Below, piece by piece: positions 28,117-37,693 of a stretch of DNA of 64,000 nucleotides. The notes beneath the pieces were generated by a model. It ran no database searches. It saw nothing but the letters and a program-made list of their open reading frames with translations, and was not told where the DNA came from. The position numbers and the translations under genes are program-made. Position 1 is the stretch's first letter, and each line of letters opens with the position of its first letter. Source of the DNA: a virus; the IMG/VR virus record IMGVR_UViG_3300036985_001643, positions 1 to 64,000 of that record; one strand, written 5' to 3'.

Positions 28117-28946
28117 TGCACGCAGGTAAAACAGTTTCCTATAAAGCAATCCTTGATAAAGTTATCAGGGATTTCGGCTTTAATTACGACATTCAAGAAG
28201 AAGAAGGAGTAGAATGGTTGGCAGAGTTCATGGCTCACACTAATGTAGGTGTTACCATGGAGGAGAAAATCGAGTACATCCAAATATGTGACGGTAGAGG
28301 AGACTTACCTTTTGACTTATACAAGATAGGACAAACTGCTCATATTGAAGGAGTTGACACTATTGAAGAAGCTCAATGTGGAGAAGGTAAAATGTATCCA
28401 ATGCGTTGGAAGACTGATTACTTTCACAAACGCTATCACCACGATACTAGAGATTATACTACGGAAGGTAGAGAGACTTACACTGTAGGACAAGGTTATA
28501 TCTTTCCTTCTTTTGATAAAGGTTTTGTAGCAATGTCGTATAGTGCTATCCCTACAGATGACTGTGGATATCCTACTATACCAGCAGAACAAGAATGGTT
28601 AGAAGCAGGAGCTCATTATATAGCTCACCGTATATCTCGTAAACTATGGATTAGAGGAGAGTTATCTTCAGAAAAGATGCAGTTTATTGAAAGAGATAAA
28701 GAATGGTACTTCGCTCAAGCTGTTAATCATGCTAAACAATGGAACGGTGTTGACGAAGCAGAAACTGTTAAGAATAGTGTAGTAAGAACTATACCTGACT
28801 TACAGGCTCACTCATCATTCTTTGCTAACATGCAATTACCGGAACAACGTAAATTTAGACCTAAAGCAGGTACAGGTTTAGTATCTACTATTAATGTACT
28901 TAGCCAAAACGCTCAAGGTTCTAATCCAGCAACCGTAACACCGTAA
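28116..28946 (+). CDS. tail tubular/ring protein (crAss Ttub-type)
   Basis: G.LP.DL, YI..SF..G.V..SY...P.D..GYP.IP and W.W...QA motifs; directly precedes the muzzle gene. Confidence 0.75.
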   Translation: MHAGKTVSYKAILDKVIRDFGFNYDIQEEEGVEWLAEFMAHTNVGVTMEEKIEYIQICDGRGDLPFDLYKIGQTAHIEGVDTIEEAQCGEGKMYPMRWKTDYFHKRYHHDTRDYTTEGRETYTVGQGYIFPSFDKGFVAMSYSAIPTDDCGYPTIPAEQEWLEAGAHYIAHRISRKLWIRGELSSEKMQFIERDKEWYFAQAVNHAKQWNGVDEAETVKNSVVRTIPDLQAHSSFFANMQLPEQRKFRPKAGTGLVSTINVLSQNAQGSNPATVTP

Positions 28947-28952
28947 AACAAT

Positions 28953-31900
28953 ATGGAAACTCACGTAAATACTTATCAAGGATTAAACAAGGATACTGCT
29001 TACGATAGTATTCCTGCTAATCAATATATAGATGCCAAAGATATTAGAATAACTACTACTAGTGGGGAATCCCAAGGTGCTTATACTAATATCAAAGGTA
29101 ACACTTTGAGTTTCTCAATTCCTACATCAGGTACTTTTAATGGTGGTTCTTGGACAGCTTTAAACCCTGAAGTAATAGGACACACTACTATTAGAAATAG
29201 AATAATATTATTAGTAGCTGATGATTCAGATACTAAAGGTTGGGTATATGTAGTAGAGTATGATCCTGCTACTAAAGCTATTAACCCAGGTTTTCCCGAG
29301 TTAAAATACTACAATCCTAATTTTAATTTTAAAAAAGAATGGCCAATAGAAGCATTAGGTAGATTCGAATCTAACTGTATGCAAAGATTATATTGGTCAG
29401 ATTACAATAACTTCTTTAGGTCTCTAAACTTAGAAGATCCTAATATAACTACTCTTACTGCAGGAGAAATAGATTTGTTTCCTGATGTACAATACTATAC
29501 TCCATTAATTAAAGTAATAGCTTCAGGTTCTTTACTAACAGGTGAATGGCAGTTTGCTTACCGTTTAACAACAGCTGATGGTAAACAATCTTTAATATCT
29601 CCTCCAAGTGCTTTAACTCACATTGTATCTAAGTCTGAATCTTTAGTACAGTCTGCTCAATATGTAGGTAATATTACACCTGCAGGTTCGGGAAAATCTG
29701 TATCTATCGATATCAACACTGCTAGTTATACAGCCTTTGATAAGATAGAACTTATCTCTATCTATACTGGTTCTAGTACTGCTACTCCTGTAGTCAAAAG
29801 TGTTGAAACTAAGTCTATTAATGGGCAAAGTACTATCAACTTTGTATGTACAGGTAGCGAAACAGAGGCTTATGTTATTGAGTTACTTACTTATACTAAC
29901 AAAAACTATTCTTTTAAGACTCCTAAAACGATGACTCAAAAGGATAATAGTTTAGTTATAGCTAACATAAAAACTTCTTCTATATCAATCAATGAGTTAT
30001 TACCTCAAGGAGAAAGTTTTAACGCTAATACTTTAAGATACTTAAGTGACGGAGTTACTCCTTGTAGTAACTCTTTTAATAAAGAATTAAACGATGATGC
30101 TCAGTGGAATAGTACTTGGCATTCTACTAAACAATATAAATTTCAACCTGCTCCTAACAATACTATACTAGGAGGTAAAGGACCAAACATCAGTTACAAG
30201 TTCTCTTTAGAACCTTTTACTTTAGATGCTTCCAATACACCAGGTTTTGTTAACATTTCTAATACACCCGATTATGTTCTTACTCACAATTTTAATGACG
30301 GTTATGGGACTTACACTAATAGTACTTACCCTAACTTCGCTTCACCTTTCCTTTCTGGAGTCATGCGAGGATACAAACGAGGAGAAACCTACAGATTTGG
30401 AATTGTTTTCTACACCAAAAAAGGAGAAGCAACGTTTGTAGAACATATTGGAGACATTAAGTTTCCCGATATTTCTGAACCAAACGGTGTAGACACTGTC
30501 CCAGGAACAGGTATTAAGTATTGGCCATTAACTTTAGTTGATGCAACTAGTTTTGCTTATCCTGTAACTATAGGTTATTCTATGGGTATAGAGTTTACTA
30601 TTGACTTTAGTACGTGTCCTTCTTTAGCTTTAGAAATCGAGAGTTATCAAATAGTAAGAGTAAAAAGAGAGGAAGCTGATAAACGTAGATTAACTCAAGG
30701 AGTTGTTAAAAGTTTCTATAATGCTCCTACAGGTAACACTACTCCTAAAGATTTTGACCTACGTGTTAGTGGAAGTGTTAACTCTTTACACTTATTTCCT
30801 GTGTACCCCAAAGGTAATTTTGGATCTATTTCAGGTACTACTACTAATGCTAATTTTTTAACACTTGGTGATAATAACGAAGGAAATAGTGCTATTGCTC
30901 AATTCGAAAATTACTATCTAAAAGGACAATACTTAAGTATGTATTCTCCAGAAATAAGTTACGGATGGGATAACGTAAGAGGTTTAACTTCTAATGTATC
31001 AAGTAATCCTTGTTTGCTTATAACAGGTGCTTATTCTACAAGAACAGAAAACGTTGTAGACGCAGGAAGAGATTTATCTGCTAAAAACATAGGACAACAC
31101 GATCAAGATATTAGATATCATCATAAATTAACATTACCTGTTAACTTTCAAACAATAGAGAATATTAAACAAATAGTTAATGCTACGACTATAACTATGG
31201 AAGACACTTCTGTTATTGATGATAAAGTAACAGGTCTTTGGGGAAGTTCTTACTTACGTAATTACTATGCTATTCCTGATTATAATAAAAATACAGCTAC
31301 GTTAAACGATCCTCAAGATGGTGCAGGTACTTCAGATAGAGCAGAGTTATATAGAGCAGGTACTAGTGTACTCACTCAAATAGCTAAAATATCTACTGAC
31401 TTCTTAACAGGTGCTACTATAACACCTACTGCTTATAATAGTTTTACCTACGGTTCATCAAAAGTTATAGTAGAAGACGCTGTAACAAGAGCTAATGCTA
31501 GTGCTACTGTACAAGAAGAATCTTTTCCAATAGTAGAAGTAGTAATACCTAGAGTAGAAGTATATGGTGGAGCCGATCAAAACGCACTAGAAGCTAATAT
31601 TTTTATTCAAGCTTCACCTGTTATTGATATTGCTAATACTAATCCTACTGTTTACGGAGGAGATACTTTTATTAACATGTATACTCTACAGTCTAGTATG
31701 TTAGAAATTACTAATACTTCGTACTATGGTAATAACAAATATCACACTAACAGTGCTCACACTGAAGTATATCCAGTAGAGTCTTTTATCAATATAGACT
31801 TAGACTGTGGAGCTACTATTAAGAGAGGTGTTAAATATACTTTTGATGGTTTACAAGATACTATTCTTAGACAAGAAGGTAATAATAGTCAAACAGATTA

Positions 31901-33251
31901 TGGGTATGATTACGCAATGTACAAGTACAATGCTGTATACTCTGTAGAGAACAGTGACGTAACATTCTTTGTTAAACCTTCTAATAGTTTAGATTGTTCG
32001 GTAATCACTAATGATACTAGAGCTTATCTTTCTGATGTTAAAACTAACGGAGAGTTAGTAGATTCATGGACAAAGTTTGGTACTAATAACTTTTACGATA
32101 TTGATGACTACGGTCCTATTAATAAGATAGTTAACTGGCAAGATCAAGTACACTTTATTCAAGATAGAGCTGTAGGTGTTTATGCTATTAATAGAGCTGC
32201 TATTACTACTACTTCTGATGGTGTTCCTACTTCTTTAGGAACAGGTCAAGGTTTTGGTAAACACCAATACTATACTAAAGAATATGGAAGTATTCACCAA
32301 TGGGGTATCAAAACTACGGATCAAGGTATCTACTTTTTTGATGCTTTACACCGTAAGATATTTATGACTGCTGGACAATCTGCTCCTCTATCAGAGATAA
32401 AAGGTATCCATAGTTTATTACAAACTTTACCTGACCAAGTGTTCTTAAGAAAAGAACATGGAGGTGATGCTCCAACTATGGGAGTAGGAGTAGTGTTAGG
32501 AAGAGATGCTATTAATGATGAAGTATTGTTTACTTTTTTAAGTGGAAATAAACCTACAGGTTTACTTTTATCTTATACTTTTCCTATAGGTTCTATTATT
32601 TGGGTAGGTCAATACTACTATGTTACTAGTGAATTTACTACTACTGAAGATCCTACAGCTTCGTTAGTACTAATGTTTCAGAATGTTACACAAGCTACTC
32701 AAGAACAGTTACTTAACGGTACTACTTTAGTATATGACGAACTTGCACAACAATTCTCTTCTTTCTATTCTACTACTCCTAAAACTTGGATAGAGAACTC
32801 TGACATTCTAATGTCTCCTAATCCTTTACAAGGTAAAGATATCTACACTCACAATATAGGTAACTATGGTGAGTTCTACGGTATTGTAGAAGAATGCTCT
32901 ATATCTATTGTGATTAATCCACAAGCAGATATCAACAAGATATTAAGAACTATAGAGTTTAACTCTGTAGTAAGAGATGCTAACAAAGTAGTAGACCGTA
33001 CACAGACTATTACAGGTTTTAGAATTAATAACCAATACCAAGATACGGGTGTTGTTCCTTATTCATCAGGTAGAATTAAACGTAAGTTTGACAAGTGGAG
33101 AGTAAAGATTCCTAGAGATCAAAACACTATTAATAAACACGGACGTTTGAGAAGTTCTTATTTTGTATTAACTTTATACTTTGATAACTCTTATAACAAA
33201 GAGTTAATAATGAACAGAGTGCTTACTTATTTTGATTATCAAGTATTTTAA
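28953..33251 (+). CDS. tail stabilisation / muzzle protein
   Basis: 1432 aa with GLNKD, YWSD..N..R.LN, GYKRGETYRFGIVF, GGDTFI, GPINKI and K.K...W...IPR motifs typical of crAss Tstab. Confidence 0.8.
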   Translation: METHVNTYQGLNKDTAYDSIPANQYIDAKDIRITTTSGESQGAYTNIKGNTLSFSIPTSGTFNGGSWTALNPEVIGHTTIRNRIILLVADDSDTKGWVYVVEYDPATKAINPGFPELKYYNPNFNFKKEWPIEALGRFESNCMQRLYWSDYNNFFRSLNLEDPNITTLTAGEIDLFPDVQYYTPLIKVIASGSLLTGEWQFAYRLTTADGKQSLISPPSALTHIVSKSESLVQSAQYVGNITPAGSGKSVSIDINTASYTAFDKIELISIYTGSSTATPVVKSVETKSINGQSTINFVCTGSETEAYVIELLTYTNKNYSFKTPKTMTQKDNSLVIANIKTSSISINELLPQGESFNANTLRYLSDGVTPCSNSFNKELNDDAQWNSTWHSTKQYKFQPAPNNTILGGKGPNISYKFSLEPFTLDASNTPGFVNISNTPDYVLTHNFNDGYGTYTNSTYPNFASPFLSGVMRGYKRGETYRFGIVFYTKKGEATFVEHIGDIKFPDISEPNGVDTVPGTGIKYWPLTLVDATSFAYPVTIGYSMGIEFTIDFSTCPSLALEIESYQIVRVKREEADKRRLTQGVVKSFYNAPTGNTTPKDFDLRVSGSVNSLHLFPVYPKGNFGSISGTTTNANFLTLGDNNEGNSAIAQFENYYLKGQYLSMYSPEISYGWDNVRGLTSNVSSNPCLLITGAYSTRTENVVDAGRDLSAKNIGQHDQDIRYHHKLTLPVNFQTIENIKQIVNATTITMEDTSVIDDKVTGLWGSSYLRNYYAIPDYNKNTATLNDPQDGAGTSDRAELYRAGTSVLTQIAKISTDFLTGATITPTAYNSFTYGSSKVIVEDAVTRANASATVQEESFPIVEVVIPRVEVYGGADQNALEANIFIQASPVIDIANTNPTVYGGDTFINMYTLQSSMLEITNTSYYGNNKYHTNSAHTEVYPVESFINIDLDCGATIKRGVKYTFDGLQDTILRQEGNNSQTDYGYDYAMYKYNAVYSVENSDVTFFVKPSNSLDCSVITNDTRAYLSDVKTNGELVDSWTKFGTNNFYDIDDYGPINKIVNWQDQVHFIQDRAVGVYAINRAAITTTSDGVPTSLGTGQGFGKHQYYTKEYGSIHQWGIKTTDQGIYFFDALHRKIFMTAGQSAPLSEIKGIHSLLQTLPDQVFLRKEHGGDAPTMGVGVVLGRDAINDEVLFTFLSGNKPTGLLLSYTFPIGSIIWVGQYYYVTSEFTTTEDPTASLVLMFQNVTQATQEQLLNGTTLVYDELAQQFSSFYSTTPKTWIENSDILMSPNPLQGKDIYTHNIGNYGEFYGIVEECSISIVINPQADINKILRTIEFNSVVRDANKVVDRTQTITGFRINNQYQDTGVVPYSSGRIKRKFDKWRVKIPRDQNTINKHGRLRSSYFVLTLYFDNSYNKELIMNRVLTYFDYQVF

Positions 33252-33253
33252 TT

Positions 33254-36200
33254 ATGGCAAAGCAGAATATTCCCCCAAGAAAACCGTTAGCAATAAGTAA
33301 TCCTAAAGAGTTTGCTTATAGAGATCAAATGTATTCGGATAGTTTAAGTTTATACAATACAAATAAAGCAGACTTGCTTTTTGGTAATCTTAAAAAGACA
33401 GATAAAAATACGTACAATAAATACGAAAAAGAAAGAGAACTTGTAAATAATGCAAATCCAAGATGGAACTCTAAAGGTAAATTTCCAGTAACTACTAAAG
33501 AAGGGTTGATTAAAACTTCTACATGGTTAGATAAAAATGGAAATCCTGAATGGGGAAAATATAAAACATTTAATCCTGTTACAGGCACTACTAAAGAATA
33601 TACTATTGGAAATAAATTATATGAGGTATCCAATGATCATATTAAACCTATTAAAACTGATTACTTTACAGGTACTACACAATTTGGACGTATACAGGAG
33701 AAAAAAAATTATTATAAAAAACCTGTACAACCTGTAACGTTTGTACCTGAAACTCCTAAAGCAGTAAACTCTTCAAAGCCACCAATAAACCAATATAAAA
33801 AATCTATTTCATCTGAACCTGTTAAAAAACAAATGACAGTACCTGTACAAAATTCTGTACAAAAAACAATGCGTGTACCAGTTCAGGGTGTAGAAGAGTA
33901 TTGGGTTAAAGATCCTGTATTAGGAAATGTAAAAAGACAAAAACCAGTTACTACATATAGAGAAGTTCCTTGGACAGATGAGGCTCCTAGTAGTCAAAAT
34001 TATAATATTAATACCGGTACTCTTCAAGACAATAAAAATAAAGCAAAAACATATGATGTACCAGATTCTGTAAAAGGTATTACATTTGCAGGTGGTGGAT
34101 CATTAGGTGACGGAACCTCTTCTTCAAAATTAGTAATACGTCAGAGTAAAAATCCTAGCAAGTTAGAATTTTCTCCATATACAGTATCACAAGAAAACCC
34201 ATATGGTAGTGGGGCTATGAGTACTATAAAGTATACTAGTCCTGCTCTTAAACCTATAAAAGGAGGGTTAGCAGGTAACAAACCTTATTTAACAGGTAGA
34301 TTGGGTTTAGGTTTAAACGATTCTAGTAAAGATATACAATTAGGAATAACATCGGTGGGACCAAAAACACCAGGTAAAGTAGCAACAGATTCTTATGCAA
34401 ATTTAGGTTATAACACAGAAAATGGTTTAAACGCAAATGCAGGATGGAATACTAGATTAAATTTTGGTAATGCTGCAAACTTAAGAAAACCAGGAGACGT
34501 AAATGCTTACATGGGAGTATCTCCACAAATAAGTGTAGGTAAAAAATTAGATGCTTCTGTACCATTGACTGCAGGTCTTGAATATAAACCTAGCAAGCTT
34601 CCTTTGTCTTTATATGCTAATGCATCATATGCTCCTCAAATTGCTCAAAGAATATCGGATAAGTTTAACCCTAACGAAAAGTTTAATGTTTCAGCAGGTT
34701 TAAAACTAAACATACCTAGTGCAAAAATAAAGAAAAGTCCAAAACCAAAAACTACTCCTTCTCCAATCCCTGAAGCTAATTGGGTAAAAGAGTTAGGAGG
34801 ACAATTATTTGCAGATGGTGGTCCATTAAACGATATAAACAACGGTCAATACTTAAACAGTGTATATGCTTCAGCTTTAGGTAATTACTATCCTGATGGT
34901 GGTCCTATTAATACAGACGGACCAAGAGCAACAGAACCAGGTTACCTTACAGATTCACAAATGAAAGCTAAAATGGCTTATGAACAAGCTATTGGTAATC
35001 CGGCAGCTAGTCGTATGTTATCATTAAACCCTAAAACAGGTATGACACCTGAAGGAATGGGTACTCATTATATGTCAAGTTTTGATAATTATGCTGTTCC
35101 TACCTTACAAGATAGAGGAGGTTCAGAATTAGAATATAACGAGAATCCTTCACCAAGTAGAGAAGACTTTAGATTTCAAACTCCTGAGGAAGCAAATTAC
35201 TTTGCGACACATTATAAAACAGTTGCTCCTATGATGACAGGGCAATATAAAAACGGAGGACAATTTCCTACACCTTATTCTTTACCTGAGGATAATTTTA
35301 AACAAGGAGGTAACAATTTACACAACAGTGTATATGCATCGTCTCCTGCTCAATACCCTGCTCCTTATGGGTTAGGAGGTTACATAGGAGAATCTACACG
35401 TCAACAAATGTACATGCCTTTAGATCATGTAACTAAAAATGGTGGTAGTATTTTATCAATGTCTAACACTCCACAATTAGAAGGAGAAGGTAAAGACTTA
35501 AGTGAACCAAAAAATTCTTATATTTACAATCAAGGAGGTTTAATAAACAACAATATGAAAAATAGTTTCAACAACCAAGGTTTTATGTCTTTACCTAAGG
35601 AGGTACAAGATAAAATTAGAGCTAACAGTTTTGCTAACGGAGGTCCTTTAACAGAGTTCAACGAAGGTGGTACACATGAAGAAAATCCATTAGGTGGTAT
35701 CCCTCAAGGTGTGGCTCCAGACGGAGGTACAAACCTTGTAGAACAAGGAGAGACTAAATTAAATAGTGCTAACTATATATTCTCTGATACTTTAAAAGTA
35801 GATAAAGAAACTGCAGCAAGTTTAGGAATAAACAACGCTGTAGGTAAAACTTTTGCAGAGTTGTCTAAAAAGATGAATAGACCAAACTCTCGTAGAGAGA
35901 ATGATACTATTGAAGAGAATGCTAAGAAAAGAGATTTAGATTCTTTAATGCAAGCTCAAGAAGAGTTTAAACAAAAAGAAGCTCTTAAAAAGTTAGAAGA
36001 AATACAATCATTAGATCCTAACTTATTAGGAAGTTTAATGGGACAAGGACAAGGACAACCTGTTGAGCCTCAACAAGATCCTAATCTTATGCAGCAGCCG
36101 ATGGGTAGTGAACAACCTGGAGGGCAACCTCCCGTTGATCCTGCAATGCAACAAATGATGGCTCAGCAAGGAGGTTCTCTTGGAGGAATAGTACCTATGG

Positions 36201-37678
36201 CTATGGGTGGTTCTTTACAACATAGTTATGGTTTAGGAGGTTTTGGTGAGGTAATGCGTAACTACGGTTTAGGTATGGCTGATACAGCTTTAAGTACTTT
36301 AGGTGCTAAAAACGTAGTACAAGACTCTGCTTATAAAGGACAAGGTTCAGAGTTTATGAGAAAAGCTTCTGGTATCGCAGGAGGAATAGGTGGTGCTTTA
36401 TTACCTATGGCTGCTAATATAGTAGCTCCAGGTATGGGAGGTATGATTGCAGGGGCTGCACAACAAGGTATAGGTATGTTAGATCCTGAAGATGAACGTA
36501 CTAAACAATTAAGAATGGGTGACAATAATCAAAATGGTGTTAATCAACAACAAGGTTTACCTATTGGTACTAATTATAAAACAGGTGGTCACATGTATGC
36601 TGTAGGAGGTTATCCACAGTTAACACCTGGTACAATATCGTATATTAAGCAAGATCCTATAGGAAAACTTCCTTTAAGAAGTTATGCTCCTTTAACACTT
36701 AATGCAGAGTCTTCAAAAACTCCTCAAAATCCTTGGAGTTTTCAAGCACCTGATGTAGTAGATGACGGCTTAGGTTTAGAATATTTTCAAGGAGATTCTC
36801 CTGAAGCAATTGCTGAATACGAAAAATTCGGTATGGTTAAAAACGAAAACGGAGATTGGGTAGATAGAAACCCTACACCTGAAGAAAGACCTTTTACAAA
36901 CGAAACTGATGAAGAATATCCTATTAGTGAATTAGAATACGAAGAAGAAGAAATTCCTACAGGAGAATTTGTAGACGAAGCAGGTAATCCTATTACAGAA
37001 GCTGAGTACAAATCTAAATTAGCTAAACACGATGAGTCTTTAAAAGACAAAAACTTAAATTTAAACATGGATCCTAAGTGGTATCAAACTGTAGGACAAG
37101 CTTTACCTGCAGCTTACAATATAGGAACAGGTTTGTTTGAAAAAGCTCAACAGTTAAATGCTAATGATTACTATACTAAAGCTAACATTAAACCTTGGGA
37201 GTATAACGCAGATCCTGAATTAGCTGCAGTAAGAGAAGCTTATGCAGGTGCTTCTGCAGGATTAAAGAACACAATGCCAGGAGCGGGTGCTTATTTAACT
37301 AACAGAGCTAATCTTGCTAATCAAGAAGCTATGAGTAAGAAACAAGTATTAGCTAACAAACAAAACATTGATGCTCAAAACTATATGCAGGCTCAATTAG
37401 CTAACAAGCAAATAGAAGGTCAAAACGCAGGTACTAAATTAAACGTTGTAAATTGGAACGCTCAAGCTAAAGCAGCTAAACGTAAAAACTTACAGACAGG
37501 TTTAAGTCAATTAGGTGACGTTGCTCAAAACGATCAAGCGTTAGCTATGCAAAAAGCTTATTTACAAACAGTAAGTCCAGATTTTGCTAATTCGCTAAGT
37601 GTTGATAACTTTGCTAAACTTTATTTCGCAAATCAAAAAGCAAAAAAAGCTAATACAAATACAGAAGAAGGACAATAA
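33254..37678 (+). CDS. ejected cargo protein 1 with [FYM]xxGG-punctuated modular architecture
   Basis: Follows the muzzle gene. It has the conserved GGTHEENP.GG.P...VE.GET...IFSD.L block, a glycine-zipper hydrophobic segment and a Q/A-rich tail. Confidence 0.7.
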   Translation: MAKQNIPPRKPLAISNPKEFAYRDQMYSDSLSLYNTNKADLLFGNLKKTDKNTYNKYEKERELVNNANPRWNSKGKFPVTTKEGLIKTSTWLDKNGNPEWGKYKTFNPVTGTTKEYTIGNKLYEVSNDHIKPIKTDYFTGTTQFGRIQEKKNYYKKPVQPVTFVPETPKAVNSSKPPINQYKKSISSEPVKKQMTVPVQNSVQKTMRVPVQGVEEYWVKDPVLGNVKRQKPVTTYREVPWTDEAPSSQNYNINTGTLQDNKNKAKTYDVPDSVKGITFAGGGSLGDGTSSSKLVIRQSKNPSKLEFSPYTVSQENPYGSGAMSTIKYTSPALKPIKGGLAGNKPYLTGRLGLGLNDSSKDIQLGITSVGPKTPGKVATDSYANLGYNTENGLNANAGWNTRLNFGNAANLRKPGDVNAYMGVSPQISVGKKLDASVPLTAGLEYKPSKLPLSLYANASYAPQIAQRISDKFNPNEKFNVSAGLKLNIPSAKIKKSPKPKTTPSPIPEANWVKELGGQLFADGGPLNDINNGQYLNSVYASALGNYYPDGGPINTDGPRATEPGYLTDSQMKAKMAYEQAIGNPAASRMLSLNPKTGMTPEGMGTHYMSSFDNYAVPTLQDRGGSELEYNENPSPSREDFRFQTPEEANYFATHYKTVAPMMTGQYKNGGQFPTPYSLPEDNFKQGGNNLHNSVYASSPAQYPAPYGLGGYIGESTRQQMYMPLDHVTKNGGSILSMSNTPQLEGEGKDLSEPKNSYIYNQGGLINNNMKNSFNNQGFMSLPKEVQDKIRANSFANGGPLTEFNEGGTHEENPLGGIPQGVAPDGGTNLVEQGETKLNSANYIFSDTLKVDKETAASLGINNAVGKTFAELSKKMNRPNSRRENDTIEENAKKRDLDSLMQAQEEFKQKEALKKLEEIQSLDPNLLGSLMGQGQGQPVEPQQDPNLMQQPMGSEQPGGQPPVDPAMQQMMAQQGGSLGGIVPMAMGGSLQHSYGLGGFGEVMRNYGLGMADTALSTLGAKNVVQDSAYKGQGSEFMRKASGIAGGIGGALLPMAANIVAPGMGGMIAGAAQQGIGMLDPEDERTKQLRMGDNNQNGVNQQQGLPIGTNYKTGGHMYAVGGYPQLTPGTISYIKQDPIGKLPLRSYAPLTLNAESSKTPQNPWSFQAPDVVDDGLGLEYFQGDSPEAIAEYEKFGMVKNENGDWVDRNPTPEERPFTNETDEEYPISELEYEEEEIPTGEFVDEAGNPITEAEYKSKLAKHDESLKDKNLNLNMDPKWYQTVGQALPAAYNIGTGLFEKAQQLNANDYYTKANIKPWEYNADPELAAVREAYAGASAGLKNTMPGAGAYLTNRANLANQEAMSKKQVLANKQNIDAQNYMQAQLANKQIEGQNAGTKLNVVNWNAQAKAAKRKNLQTGLSQLGDVAQNDQALAMQKAYLQTVSPDFANSLSVDNFAKLYFANQKAKKANTNTEEGQ

Positions 37679-37693
37679 TTAATAATAAATATT

